Shown here: positions 10,081-20,090 of the stretch, in pieces | Layout of the letters: the number at the start of each line of letters is the position of its first letter | Numbering within the stretch: position 1 is the stretch's first letter | Source: Saprospiraceae bacterium | Lineage (GTDB): Bacteria; Bacteroidota; Bacteroidia; Chitinophagales; Saprospiraceae | Direction: 5' to 3' | Length of the DNA: 64,000 nt | Assembly (NCBI GenBank): GCA_965277445.1 | Contig: CBDICY010000016.1 | Span: 441,604-505,603 of the forward strand | Notes under the pieces: model-generated | Databases searched by the model: none | What the model saw: the letters and a program-made list of their open reading frames with translations, nothing else | Told to the model about the DNA's origin: nothing | Position numbers and translations under genes: made by a program

Positions 10081-10989
10081 CTAGCCTCTCTTTTTTACTG
10101 ACTGAAGAGAAATATTATCCTTTAATATTTCGATAAATTTCCGCAATGGCGTTGATTGTAATTCATTTTTTAAAGTAGCTATATACCATTTACGTTTTAA
10201 ACCAGATTTTCCCAGCGGAATCATTTTAATAGTACGGGCATCAACATAAGGCTCAATTAACCATTTGGCCATAACGGTAATGCCTAAACCTTCTCTAACC
10301 ATTTCTAGAACAGCTTCGGTTAATTGAATATACATCACTTGTTTTGGCGTAATTTGCTCAGGACGAAGGAATTGTTCAAAAAATATACTTTCTTGGAGTA
10401 CTTTAGAGTGCGTAATATAAGTCGCTGCTTCAAAATCTGATGGGGTCAAATAACTCTTTTTAGCCAGCGGATGTGCCACAGGAAGGAGCGCAACTACATC
10501 ATCAGTAAAGAGTTCTGTAAAAACGATATTTTTATCATGGCTTTGTCGATAAACGATGGCCAAATCAATCTTTCCTGTTAACAGTTGTTCCAGCGGCGGC
10601 ATAGTCCCATTGGTTTCCAATCTGAATTCAATATTAGGAAATGACGCTCGATGTAATTTCAAGATTTGGGGCAACCAATGATAACAAGTATTGCATTCTG
10701 TGCCTAGTCGAATCGTACCTGATTCACCTTTTAATTGTTTAATGATTTCATTCGTCACCCGATCAACTTCTGGTAAGATAACGGTAGAAGATTGTAATAA
10801 CAATTTGCCGATATCTGTCAGAATAAGGTGCTTATTGATTCTATGAAAAATTTTAGTGTTGAGTTGACTTTCTATTTCCTTGAGTTGATGACTCAAAGCC
10901 GAAGGTGTCAAAAAAAGTTTATCCGCAGCTTTCGCTAAACTGCCTTCTGCAACGATAGTGGCGATTAATTTAAAGTATTTTAGTTCCAA
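10081..10989 (-). CDS. LysR-family transcriptional regulator, MetR-like
   Basis: HTH LAKAADKLFLTPSALSHQLKEIE, and the effector domain block TECNTCYHWLP resembles the MetR IECHSCIQWL block. Confidence 0.85.
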   Translation of the reverse strand: MELKYFKLIATIVAEGSLAKAADKLFLTPSALSHQLKEIESQLNTKIFHRINKHLILTDIGKLLLQSSTVILPEVDRVTNEIIKQLKGESGTIRLGTECNTCYHWLPQILKLHRASFPNIEFRLETNGTMPPLEQLLTGKIDLAIVYRQSHDKNIVFTELFTDDVVALLPVAHPLAKKSYLTPSDFEAATYITHSKVLQESIFFEQFLRPEQITPKQVMYIQLTEAVLEMVREGLGITVMAKWLIEPYVDARTIKMIPLGKSGLKRKWYIATLKNELQSTPLRKFIEILKDNISLQSVKKRG

Positions 10990-11013
10990 ATTTTAGCGTA
11001 TCAGTTAGAAAGA

Positions 11014-11679
11014 TTAAGCATTCATGAGTTCAGCGACCGCTCCAATGTTAGGAATTAGAAAATCGGGATCCCCTTGGGCCAATAAACTTTTAGGCTGAGT
11101 TCCCGAAAGCACCCCTACTGTTTTTACACCAGCATTTTTACCTTCTTCTATGTCTGCTAAAGTATCCCCTACTTTCAAGAATCTTTGCTTATTCGTAAGA
11201 CTTAATGATTGCATCATATCTAAAATCATGACTGGATGAGGGCGTGCTTTTCCCAATTCGCTAGAAATACCAATATAATCAAAATTATCGGTTTCCCATG
11301 CCAAATGCTCGATTATCTTATCGGCCTGTGCTCGGGGCAAACCAGTTCCTATACCTATTTTAATGCCTTTATTTTTTAAGGTATCAAATAACGCCTTTAC
11401 GTGATTGGCATTTGCAAAATTATCCAGATGGGCATTGATGTTTTGTTGAAAAGAGACAAAAATTGGCCATGCCAAATTGGGTGGATGATTGCCTTGTTCG
11501 AGTATAATATTAATCATGACCATTTTGTCTTTGCCTCTATTGGCTTTGATAACGGCATTATCAGGTGTTACACCATGCTTCTCAAAAGCCCATCTAAAAC
11601 AGTTTCGGATGGTGTTGGGCACTTTTTCTTGGACAGTAGTGCCAATCATATCAAAAAGAACGGCTTGTATATTCATCAT
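11014..11679 (-). CDS. HAD-IA hydrolase, phosphonatase (PhnX)-like
   Basis: Motif I AVLFDMIGTTV, GIKIGIGTGLP, and motif III/IV KVGDTLADIEEGKNAGVKTVGV. The start was chosen at MMNIQ, just after the upstream gene's stop. Confidence 0.8.
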   Translation of the reverse strand: MMNIQAVLFDMIGTTVQEKVPNTIRNCFRWAFEKHGVTPDNAVIKANRGKDKMVMINIILEQGNHPPNLAWPIFVSFQQNINAHLDNFANANHVKALFDTLKNKGIKIGIGTGLPRAQADKIIEHLAWETDNFDYIGISSELGKARPHPVMILDMMQSLSLTNKQRFLKVGDTLADIEEGKNAGVKTVGVLSGTQPKSLLAQGDPDFLIPNIGAVAELMNA

Positions 11680-11686
11680 TTTTAAA

Positions 11687-12166
11687 TTAAAGTTTCCAGA
11701 CGCTATTCGCATATTTAGCAGCGGACAGCAGGTTTGTAATTTCAAGCTTCAAATCATTAATATCTTTCTTCGTCAGGGGGGCAAGATTTTTATAAGAGTC
11801 AGGATGTTCTTCCTTATGCGGGAAATAGCAAGCTTGTCCGTACTTTTGTTGAACAGCACTTTTGGCTCGACCATATAAATGAAAATGTTGATAAGGGCCT
11901 TTTGGTTTAAATACGCCCCAATTGCCATTGTCTTGGTAATTAATTCTCCCTATATCCACTCCGTTTCGATTTAAAACCATCTTCATCGCATCCCCAACGA
12001 CCATTAATAATCGCATTAATTCAATGGCCGTTGTCGCATTAAATTGTTGTAAATTACTAACCCTGACTTTTGGGTTAATGACAATATGACCTCCATCACT
12101 TCTGCCTACAAGTGGCTCATCTGCTGCTTCAACTAGGAAATTTTTAGCTTCATAAATTAATGCCAT
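11687..12166 (-). CDS. HIT-like domain protein (degenerate histidine triad HFHLY)
   Basis: GGHIVINPKVRV resembles the HIT nucleotide-binding strand, and QHFHLYGR resembles HxHxH with the third His replaced by Tyr. Confidence 0.5.
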   Translation of the reverse strand: MALIYEAKNFLVEAADEPLVGRSDGGHIVINPKVRVSNLQQFNATTAIELMRLLMVVGDAMKMVLNRNGVDIGRINYQDNGNWGVFKPKGPYQHFHLYGRAKSAVQQKYGQACYFPHKEEHPDSYKNLAPLTKKDINDLKLEITNLLSAAKYANSVWKL

Positions 12167-12174
12167 AGGTAATC

Positions 12175-13386
12175 TTATTTAAGTTCGTTTTTTTTCAATT
12201 TACCAAGTGCTATTGTTAACCTGTTCATAGCTTCTAACAAATCTGCTTTCGAGCAAGCATAGGAAATTCTCACACAAGCATCTTCTCCAAAGGCGAGACC
12301 AGGAACGAGCGCAATATTAGCTTCTTCTAACAGATAAGTACAGAGATCAATTGAATTATTGACCTGTTTTCCTTTAAACCACGTTCCATAATAATGACTA
12401 AGGTCTGGGAATATATAAAAGGCGCCACTTGGCAAATTAACTTTAATGCCAGGGATTTCAGTTAGCTTGGCGTAGATAAAGTCTCTTCGACTTTGGTATA
12501 CTTGCACCATTGCTTGAACAGTATCCAGACCGCTCTTAATTGCCGAAAAAGCAGCCCGTTGGGCGATAGAACTATTGGCAGAAGATAAATGACCTTGAAG
12601 TTTGGTGACTGCTTTGGCAATCCACACAGGTGCAGCAAGATACCCTACTCGCCAACCAGTCATCGCATAGCATTTACTAAAACCATTGATGGTAACCGTT
12701 CGATTAAACATGTTCGGTAAAGCCGCAAAGCTGATTCGATTGGAGGTATAGTTGATATGTTCATAAATCTCATCTGCAATGACTATCACCTTCGGGTAAT
12801 TAACAACTAATTTGGCTAAAGCAGCTAACGCTTCTCGATGATAAACGAGCCCTGTCGGATTGCTTGGGGAGGAGAAAATAATGGCTTTGGTCTTTTTAGA
12901 AATGGAGTTTTCTATTTGTTGAATGCTAACTTTAAAATTATTTTCAGCAGCTCCTTTTAATATAATCGGTTTTGCCCCAGCTAATTTAACTTGGGCTAGA
13001 TAGCTGACCCAAAATGGGGCAAAAATAAGGACTTCATCACCTGGGTTTAAAATAGAGAGCATGACATTTGATAAAGCTTGTTTCCCTCCATTGGAAACGA
13101 CAATGTTTTCTGCTTTATAAGGCACCTTATTTTCGGTGGCATATTTCAGGGCAATGGCAGTCCGTAAATCTAAATAACCAGCCGTAGGAGGATAAGAAAA
13201 GTAGTTGCCAGAGTCGATGGCTTCCTTTGCGGCATCACAGATATAAGGTGGAGTTTTAAAGTCAGGTTCTCCATGGCTGAGGCTAATGACATCAACCCCC
13301 TTCGCTTTTAATGCCCGTGCTTTTGCGGTCGTACCAGAAGTAGCAGAAGCTTCAATTGACAATACTCTTTTAGATAGTAAATTCAT
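12175..13386 (-). CDS. Class I/II PLP-dependent aminotransferase (AspAT-like)
   Basis: SLSHGEPDF, and SKCYAMTGWRVGY with the Schiff-base Lys. Confidence 0.9.
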   Translation of the reverse strand: MNLLSKRVLSIEASATSGTTAKARALKAKGVDVISLSHGEPDFKTPPYICDAAKEAIDSGNYFSYPPTAGYLDLRTAIALKYATENKVPYKAENIVVSNGGKQALSNVMLSILNPGDEVLIFAPFWVSYLAQVKLAGAKPIILKGAAENNFKVSIQQIENSISKKTKAIIFSSPSNPTGLVYHREALAALAKLVVNYPKVIVIADEIYEHINYTSNRISFAALPNMFNRTVTINGFSKCYAMTGWRVGYLAAPVWIAKAVTKLQGHLSSANSSIAQRAAFSAIKSGLDTVQAMVQVYQSRRDFIYAKLTEIPGIKVNLPSGAFYIFPDLSHYYGTWFKGKQVNNSIDLCTYLLEEANIALVPGLAFGEDACVRISYACSKADLLEAMNRLTIALGKLKKNELK

Positions 13387-13675
13387 CGTTCATGCTTTAA
13401 TCTATGCTAAGTGTTAAATAACTCAACACAAAGATTAGGATTAAATCATTAAAAGAAAAGGTATTTTTTCTAATCGAAACCATGAGGAAATTTAAGGTTG
13501 GTAACTATGAAGTGGTCGGACGAAATTAAATTTATAATTAGGTGTCGGGTACTAGGTTTTAGGTATAACACAAATACATCAAGCCTGAAACCTAGTACCC
13601 GATACCTGTTACCATTTTTTTAAAACTTAAAATTGTCCACTTATTTGGTCTGGAGAAAAGACGACCTATAGTAGA

Positions 13676-14176
13676 TTAAGCATTTAAGACACCCAGTAAT
13701 TCCATATCTTTATTGCGTAAATCCAACCCACCTTCCATAATTGACTTTAAATTCGTTAAATAAAAAGTCCAACCGTAACCACATTGCACGTATAAATTTT
13801 CGTCAGGATTTTCTTTAAACACGACTTCTTCTTGCGTTAGTGTCAATAAACAATAATCGGCTTTTTCTTCAATATGGACGGTCACTACACAACCTTCAAA
13901 ACCAAATTTAAAATAGTCGATGCCATTGCTGTCCAATACTTCGCTTTTTTCAAAAACAGCATCTGAATGCCCGTGCCAAACCCAATGATATTTCCCTTTT
14001 TTAATAGGGGTAGTTGAAGATAATTTGGTTCCATCCTCCTCCCAGTAAGTACATTTTCTTAGAAACCAAGCATTAATACCATCGGCAGTAGCCCAAGCAT
14101 TATATAAAGCTATTTTAGATACTTTGATAGGAATTCGAAGAACAAACTTATGCCAAGGAGAGGTAGAGGTCGTCAT
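13676..14176 (-). CDS. SRPBCC/AHSA1-like domain protein
   Basis: 166 aa. VQCGYGWTFYLTNLKSIMEGG resembles the AHSA1 C-terminal block. Confidence 0.55.
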   Translation of the reverse strand: MTTSTSPWHKFVLRIPIKVSKIALYNAWATADGINAWFLRKCTYWEEDGTKLSSTTPIKKGKYHWVWHGHSDAVFEKSEVLDSNGIDYFKFGFEGCVVTVHIEEKADYCLLTLTQEEVVFKENPDENLYVQCGYGWTFYLTNLKSIMEGGLDLRNKDMELLGVLNA

Positions 14177-14220
14177 GATGTTAAGCGATTTTATAATTTT
14201 CTAATAGTTGATTTTTAAAT

Positions 14221-14880
14221 TTATGCTAATAGCTTTTTCAATTCCTCCACTATACCCGCCTCATGAGGATGTGCGCTAGTTGCCACCATTTCCCAAGTAG
14301 TGAATTCGCCACCATAAACGTTCATTTTAGCATTTTTATCTGCACCAGCCTCCAATAAGAATTGGACGATTTTGGGTAAATTATAAGGGGTTTGTTGTCG
14401 CCACATTTCTACCCCATTGCTGCCCGCATAATGCAATAAGGTGGCTTGATGACCATACGGAGAGCGAAGCGTTAATAATTCAGGTTGTTGGGTTATTTGT
14501 TGTTTTAAATGAGGTAAGTCTCCTGCTAAAAGCGTATCGACTGCTTGCTCAAAAGCTATATTAAATGTTGTTTCTCCTTGTCTAGCAACCGCTTCCCAAT
14601 TTGCATAACCACAATCTTTGGCTATGGACAAACGAGCATCAGCTAAGGTGAAATTTGCCTTAAAAATAAAGTCTACATCTTTACCAATAAAATCGGGGTG
14701 CCAGTTATTAATTTGTCCTTTGCAGACAGGGTTTTTAGCGATCCACGCAGCAAAAAGATTGTCTGCGAAGGCGGTTAACTGTGTTAAAATGGTCGTGTTT
14801 TTATCAATTTCTTCAATGGCTTTTTTATGAAGGTTATAGACCTTTTCGGTATTTTCGTGGATGTAGATTTTAGGCTTCAT
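14221..14880 (-). CDS. Hypothetical protein with C-terminal ankyrin-like repeat
   Basis: TLLHYAGSNGVE...LPKIVQFLLEAGADKNA. The start was chosen at MKPKIY. Confidence 0.45.
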   Translation of the reverse strand: MKPKIYIHENTEKVYNLHKKAIEEIDKNTTILTQLTAFADNLFAAWIAKNPVCKGQINNWHPDFIGKDVDFIFKANFTLADARLSIAKDCGYANWEAVARQGETTFNIAFEQAVDTLLAGDLPHLKQQITQQPELLTLRSPYGHQATLLHYAGSNGVEMWRQQTPYNLPKIVQFLLEAGADKNAKMNVYGGEFTTWEMVATSAHPHEAGIVEELKKLLA

Positions 14881-15032
14881 ATTTTGTGTTTTTATACATA
14901 GGCACATAGTAGATTCACATAGTGCATATAGTTTTAACAGAATTTGCTAACGTATATTAAGTACACCGTTCAGAAAATTTCTCGTAATTCTGACGTGTCC
15001 CCCGAGCGCAGCTATGCTGCTACTCGTAAGAT

Positions 15033-15094
15033 TTTAAAGGGAGCGATTTTTTTGATTTTTCCACGGAAAAATCAAAAAAATCGCTCCCTTTAAA
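15033..15094. repeat. Near-perfect 28-bp AT-rich inverted repeat (hairpin with loop ccacgg)
   Basis: ttttaaagggagcgatttttttgattttt ccacgg aaaaatcaaaaaaatcgctccctttaaaa. Confidence 0.8.
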
Positions 15095-15271
15095 ATCCCT
15101 TTGCGAGGCGGCATGAATGAACGATTCCGTAGGATGAAAGTCTAGTAGACTTTCAAGTGAAAGAACCGTGCAACGGGTGGGTGAGCCGCCGATCAAAACA
15201 TGAAATAACTTTTTGAACGATGTATTAAGCTATACTCGTAAAAAACTATGTGGACTTTGTGAACTATGTAT

Positions 15272-16027
15272 CTATGTGGTAAAAAAAGTAGGGTTTAATT
15301 CTTCCCACATCATCTTCACCTGCAAATCCCCAAACCCGTAAATTCCTGCTTCCTTTGCAAACTGCTGAAAAATCAACTCAAAATCATCCGTCTGTAAGGT
15401 TGCTTGAATAGCCATTAATTGTCGTTGCGGTCTACCCAATTGTTCATCAGTAGGAAAGCGATCAATATGCGCTTGGATTACTTCTTGTAGAACGGGGAAA
15501 TTAGCCGTTTTAGTAGTCGCTAAAATTTTTAATTGTGCCAAATCATTTTGTTGAAAAGCTTCCCAGAAGGCTAACATCAATTGAAATTCGGAAGCGGTCA
15601 TCGCTTGTCGATTTTCGTAAGCAGTCACCAATTCTGCTTTAGACATGCCGCCGAATTCGTGCCAATTATTTCGTTGTGCTTTGACCAAATTAATGTTTGC
15701 TCGATGACCGATAATATCCAAGAGAGAAACAATAAAGCATAAGTTCATTTGACAAAAAAGATCATCTCCAAACCATAAATTCATGACTTCATTTGGAGCG
15801 AGGGACAATACTTTTTGAAACTGTGGTAAAGCATAATCATTATAGCGTCTTTTTTTACCATAATTTTTTTCTATAAAACTGGCTCTATTATCCCAAAATT
15901 CTATTAGGGAATCTCCTTGGATATTGCCGTCAATCAAACATTCTCTACAGATGATAAAATGACCTTCAATTGCATCAGTCGGAAATTGTTCCATTAAAGC
16001 GTCGCCATTTAGAATGTGGTGCTCCAT
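15272..16027 (-). CDS. DUF1835 domain protein
   Basis: N-terminal HILNGD...G pattern typical of DUF1835. I am recalling the family from memory. Confidence 0.5.
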   Translation of the reverse strand: MEHHILNGDALMEQFPTDAIEGHFIICRECLIDGNIQGDSLIEFWDNRASFIEKNYGKKRRYNDYALPQFQKVLSLAPNEVMNLWFGDDLFCQMNLCFIVSLLDIIGHRANINLVKAQRNNWHEFGGMSKAELVTAYENRQAMTASEFQLMLAFWEAFQQNDLAQLKILATTKTANFPVLQEVIQAHIDRFPTDEQLGRPQRQLMAIQATLQTDDFELIFQQFAKEAGIYGFGDLQVKMMWEELNPTFFTT

Positions 16028-16039
16028 TTTTATATAAAC

Positions 16040-16200
16040 GATTAAATGTTTTTTAAAAAATATAAAAATACAAAAAGTTTTTTAAACCTGTTGGTTACTT
16101 CAATAGTTAAAGCATTGGTGATGTGTCAAAATGGTTGATAAGTGCAAGTTAATGGTGGGCGATACTTTCAAAGTATCGCCCACCATTAACGACTTTAATA
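16040..16200 (-). terminator. Intrinsic terminator hairpin (17-bp stem)
   Basis: taatggtgggcgatactttcaaagtatcgcccaccatta, just downstream of the MocR gene stop. Confidence 0.6.
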
Positions 16201-16213
16201 CACGACCAAAGCA

Positions 16214-17653
16214 TTAATTACCTAGAGCTAATTGCTTTTCGGCTAATATTCCTAGTTGTTTGATCCCTTCTTCAATGGCTTCCGTAAAAGGCTCCGCAAA
16301 ACTCAATCTAATATAATTTTTATAATTGGATTCTACCGAGAAAATTTGCCCAGGTGCAATTCCAATTTGTTGATTTTTGGCGGCTTTGAATAATTCGTAA
16401 CTATCAAATTGTTTAGGGAACTCTATCCAAAAATTAAAGCCACCTTCGGGAACGCTAAAATAAATGCCTACAGGAAAATACTGTAAAATACATTGACTAT
16501 AGCGCAAGGCTTGGGTATGTAAGGCTGTTCGCAATTTTCGGAGATGGAAATCATAGCGCCCTTTTTGGAAAAAATTTAATAAAGCAGCTTGAGGCAAAGA
16601 ACTGGTAGATAAAGATAATATTCGTTTTTGATGCGCAAACTGTTCCACAAAACGCCCCGGTTGACAATAACCGATTCGATAACCTGGGGCAATGGTTTTA
16701 GATAAAGAAGAGCAATATAAAACCCAACCTTCGGTATCATAAAACTTACAAGTACTCGGTCTATTTTTACCAAAATATAACTCCCCATAAATATCATCTT
16801 CAATAATAGGAATCTGTTTAGCCGTCATTAATTCGACCAATTCTTTTTTTTGCGCATCGGGTATACAAACACCTGTTGGATTATGAAAATTAGTTACAAA
16901 AAGTCCTGCTTTGATGGGAAATTGTTCAATCGCTTTTTTCAAAAAAGGAATATCTAAACCCTTGGATGTAACAGGAATTGAAACGGCTTTTAAACCCAAT
17001 CGCTCCACCGCTTGATGAATACTAAAATAGGTCAATTCATCAATGGCAATCACATCACCTCGTTGGGTTAAAATCATCAAGCTAATATTCAATGCTTCCA
17101 TACAACCCGCAGTAATGACCAAGTCTTCTGCTCTAAAATTGCCTCCCCAATTGAGTAATTGTTGTGCAATCACTCGGCGCAATTCTGGATTGCCCTGTGG
17201 ATGCGTGTATTTCAACAAAAAATTCTTTTCGGTCCGAACCGCTTCTCCGATAGATTTATTTAGTCGAGCTATCGGCAATAATGCTGGAGCAGGCACGGCA
17301 GAGGATAATTTCAGGATGCTTTCAGAATTCCTTAACTCTTCTAATTCTTTGATAATTTCACTTGTATCAATCGCTTTTGCATTCGGCTGTATGGTCGAAA
17401 CTACCGAAGGCGCTGCTCTTTCTGCATGTCGAAAACGCACATAATAACCCGATTTTGGACGAGCTTCTATCAAACCTTTTGCTTCTAATTGATAATATGC
17501 TTTGAAAATAGTACTAGGACTGACATGCTGTTGTTTGCTCAATAAACGAACCGACGGTAATTTTTCGCCTACTTTTAAAATATTGTTTAAAATGCTGTCT
17601 TCTAGTTGATTAGCAATTTGGTCGTAACGGAATTGTTTATTTGTTGAAACCAT
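16214..17653 (-). CDS. MocR/GntR-family PLP-dependent transcriptional regulator
   Basis: N-terminal GntR winged HTH (KLPSVRLLSKQQHVSPSTIFKAYYQL) fused to a class-I aminotransferase fold (479 aa). Confidence 0.9.
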   Translation of the reverse strand: MVSTNKQFRYDQIANQLEDSILNNILKVGEKLPSVRLLSKQQHVSPSTIFKAYYQLEAKGLIEARPKSGYYVRFRHAERAAPSVVSTIQPNAKAIDTSEIIKELEELRNSESILKLSSAVPAPALLPIARLNKSIGEAVRTEKNFLLKYTHPQGNPELRRVIAQQLLNWGGNFRAEDLVITAGCMEALNISLMILTQRGDVIAIDELTYFSIHQAVERLGLKAVSIPVTSKGLDIPFLKKAIEQFPIKAGLFVTNFHNPTGVCIPDAQKKELVELMTAKQIPIIEDDIYGELYFGKNRPSTCKFYDTEGWVLYCSSLSKTIAPGYRIGYCQPGRFVEQFAHQKRILSLSTSSLPQAALLNFFQKGRYDFHLRKLRTALHTQALRYSQCILQYFPVGIYFSVPEGGFNFWIEFPKQFDSYELFKAAKNQQIGIAPGQIFSVESNYKNYIRLSFAEPFTEAIEEGIKQLGILAEKQLALGN

Positions 17654-17825
17654 ATATTGAGTTGTAAAAGCTGATTAAATTAGAGATTCTGAAAGGGAGA
17701 TAGTTGAACTGATTGAAATCTGATATGCTTAAAATAGTTAAAACTGAATCTGTTTCTTTTTTACAAACATATCTACTTTTGTGTTCAAATGAAAGTTTAT
17801 TTCTAAATTTTAAAAATAAAAAATT

Positions 17826-18533
17826 ATGAAAACCATTGGCTTAATTGGCGGCATGAGTTGGGAATCTTCCAAATTATATTACGAACTACTCAACGAAAAA
17901 GTAAAGGCAGAATTGGGTGGTTTTCATTCTTGTAAAAGCATTTTGTATACCGTACAATTTGACGAAATCCACCGACTACAAGGAGCAGGAGATTGGGCAG
18001 CTTTAGATAAAATTATGGTCAATGCTGCACAAAGTTTGGAAAAAGCGGGGGCAGATATTATCTTGATTTGTGCCAATACGATGCATCTTTGTAGTCCAGC
18101 GATTATTAAGAATGTGCAAATTCCCTTATTACATATTGCAGAAGCTACGGGACAAGCCATTAAAATAAAAGGGTTGTCCAAAGTAGCTTTGCTAGGCACT
18201 AAATATGTCATGGAAAAAGATTTCTATAAAGACCTTTTAACCAATAAATTCGGCATAGAAGTATTGATCCCAACTGCCCAAGAAAGAGACTTTGTCCACG
18301 AAGTCATTTATGGCGAATTAGTACAAGGCGTTATTACAGATGCTTCCAAAGCAGGCTATAAAGAAATCATCCAAAACTTAGCAGATCAAGGGGCAGAAGG
18401 AGTTATATTAGGGTGCACAGAAATTCCTTTGTTAATCAAACCTGACGATGTAACGATCCCTACTTTTAATACCACCAAAATTCATGCAGAGCAAGCCGTC
18501 GCATGGGCATTAGCAGGAGAAATGGTGAGTTAA
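17826..18533 (+). CDS. Aspartate/glutamate racemase family protein
   Basis: MKTIGLIGGMSWESS...ILICANTMH...LGCTEIPLL carries both catalytic Cys blocks. Confidence 0.9.
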   Translation: MKTIGLIGGMSWESSKLYYELLNEKVKAELGGFHSCKSILYTVQFDEIHRLQGAGDWAALDKIMVNAAQSLEKAGADIILICANTMHLCSPAIIKNVQIPLLHIAEATGQAIKIKGLSKVALLGTKYVMEKDFYKDLLTNKFGIEVLIPTAQERDFVHEVIYGELVQGVITDASKAGYKEIIQNLADQGAEGVILGCTEIPLLIKPDDVTIPTFNTTKIHAEQAVAWALAGEMVS

Positions 18534-18976
18534 TGGATTATCAATTTACTCCCTTTCAATCAAGAAAAACGACTTTTGTAAATCTACTACAGCACGGAGA
18601 TTGGCGTATAAAATTATACACGATTAACGCAAAGGAGAAAGTCGATACCGCCGCAGTTTTAGAAAAAGCACTCAGTCAATTACCAACTCCAGCATTGACT
18701 CAAAATCGGTATGGCGTTGGTTTTTTGATTATTCATCAAGGCGTAGTTGCCAATTGGTTTCTTTTGAATTGGTGGGGCTACGAAGATATTCTTCATCAGA
18801 AATTGTTTAGTTCGCCAATTGATGATTTTGCGGCGATAAAAAATGCGGAAGATAAAACCATCATGGCTTGTATTCACGAATTAGTCATTCATCACTTTGA
18901 AGTGAAAGCGTGGAAAAAATGGGTTTTGTCTACCGAAACACCAGATTTTGAGGAATATTTGAAAATGGTTTTGTGA
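18533..18976 (+). CDS. Hypothetical protein (TAATG-coupled to the racemase gene)
   Basis: The ATG overlaps the racemase stop. No family recognised. Confidence 0.45.
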   Translation: MDYQFTPFQSRKTTFVNLLQHGDWRIKLYTINAKEKVDTAAVLEKALSQLPTPALTQNRYGVGFLIIHQGVVANWFLLNWWGYEDILHQKLFSSPIDDFAAIKNAEDKTIMACIHELVIHHFEVKAWKKWVLSTETPDFEEYLKMVL

Positions 18977-18987
18977 TTCAGCGGAAA

Positions 18988-19134
18988 AACTGGTAGCATC
19001 CCGATAATTATCGGGATCAGGCTTTCCCGTCACCGACCTTCAGGTCGGAATATTTTCCTTAGAAGATTAAATTATCTATTTAAAAACAGGTCTAAAGACC
19101 TTTGACCCGAAAGCCTAAAGGCTTTACTACCAGT
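18988..19134. repeat. ~145-bp multi-hairpin repeat element, copy A
   Basis: Outer stem ctggtag/ctaccag with nested hairpins (atcccgataattatcgggat, ccgaccttcaggtcgg, ggtctaaagacc, agcctaaaggct). It is homologous to 31289-31405 in inverted orientation. Confidence 0.7.
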
Positions 19135-19140
19135 TAAATC

Positions 19141-19923
19141 ATGCAAATCACACTTTACCAAATAGACGCCTTCACGCAAAAAGTATTTGGCGGTAATCCT
19201 GCAGCAGTTTGCCCCTTAGACGAGTGGATTTCCGAAGAACTAATGCAGCAAATTGCCATTGAAAATAACTTAGCAGAAACTGCCTTCTTTGTTAAGAAAG
19301 AAGACATTTATGAAATCCGTTGGTTTATGCCAAGTGGAGAAATCAACCTTTGTGGGCATGCGACTTTAGCTTCTGCTTATGTTATTTTTAATGAATTGAA
19401 TCACCCGACTGACGAAATATGTTTTTCATGCCTAAGTGGAGAATTAGGGGCAAGGCATTCTGAAAATGGACAAATTACCCTTAATTTTCCCGTTTGGAAA
19501 CCCAAAAGAGTTGCCATACCGCCAGAAATTTTTGAAGCTTTTAACCATGATCCAATTGCTGCTTACGCCAGCCGAGATTTAATGTTGATTTTTGAAAATG
19601 AACAACAAATTTTAGAATTGAATCCCAATCTACCCATGGTCAAACATCTGCCTTACTTGGGGCTTAATTGCACCGCCAAAGGAAATGAAGTAGATTTTGT
19701 ATCCAGGGTTTTTGATGCCAATGACCCCATTTCAGAAGACCCTGTAACAGGTTCTGCGCATTGTGGATTTGTGCCTTTTTGGGCAGGTCAATTGGGTGAA
19801 ACAAGGTTACACGCCAGACAATTATCTGCCAGAAGAGGCGAGTTGTTTTGTGAATTAAAAGGCGATAGAGTTTTTATTAGCGGCTATGCGGTGGGGTATA
19901 TGAAAGGAATAATAGACGTTTGA
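19141..19923 (+). CDS. PhzF-family isomerase
   Basis: MQITLYQIDAFT...GNPAAV...AETAFF is the PhzF N-terminal signature. Confidence 0.9.
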   Translation: MQITLYQIDAFTQKVFGGNPAAVCPLDEWISEELMQQIAIENNLAETAFFVKKEDIYEIRWFMPSGEINLCGHATLASAYVIFNELNHPTDEICFSCLSGELGARHSENGQITLNFPVWKPKRVAIPPEIFEAFNHDPIAAYASRDLMLIFENEQQILELNPNLPMVKHLPYLGLNCTAKGNEVDFVSRVFDANDPISEDPVTGSAHCGFVPFWAGQLGETRLHARQLSARRGELFCELKGDRVFISGYAVGYMKGIIDV

Positions 19924-20025
19924 TTTTGTCCAGTAACTTCCCGTTACTGGACAAATTTTGATACCAAAAATATAAGTGTCTTTGACAATTTTGGCAAAAG
20001 CTACTTTTTCTATCTCATCGGACGG

Positions 20026-20090
20026 CACAGCCATCCGACGAGATGAGTACGAGATGAGTATTTCCGTCGGATGGCTGCGCCGTCCGATGG
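20026..20090. repeat. GC-rich 26-bp inverted repeat (1 mismatch)
   Basis: catcggacggcacagccatccgacg ... ccgtcggatggctgcgccgtccgatgg. Confidence 0.7.

Noticed and set aside
11687-12166. Annotating this gene as a canonical HIT hydrolase
   Set aside because: The histidine triad is degenerate (HFHLY), so only 'HIT-like' is supportable from sequence.
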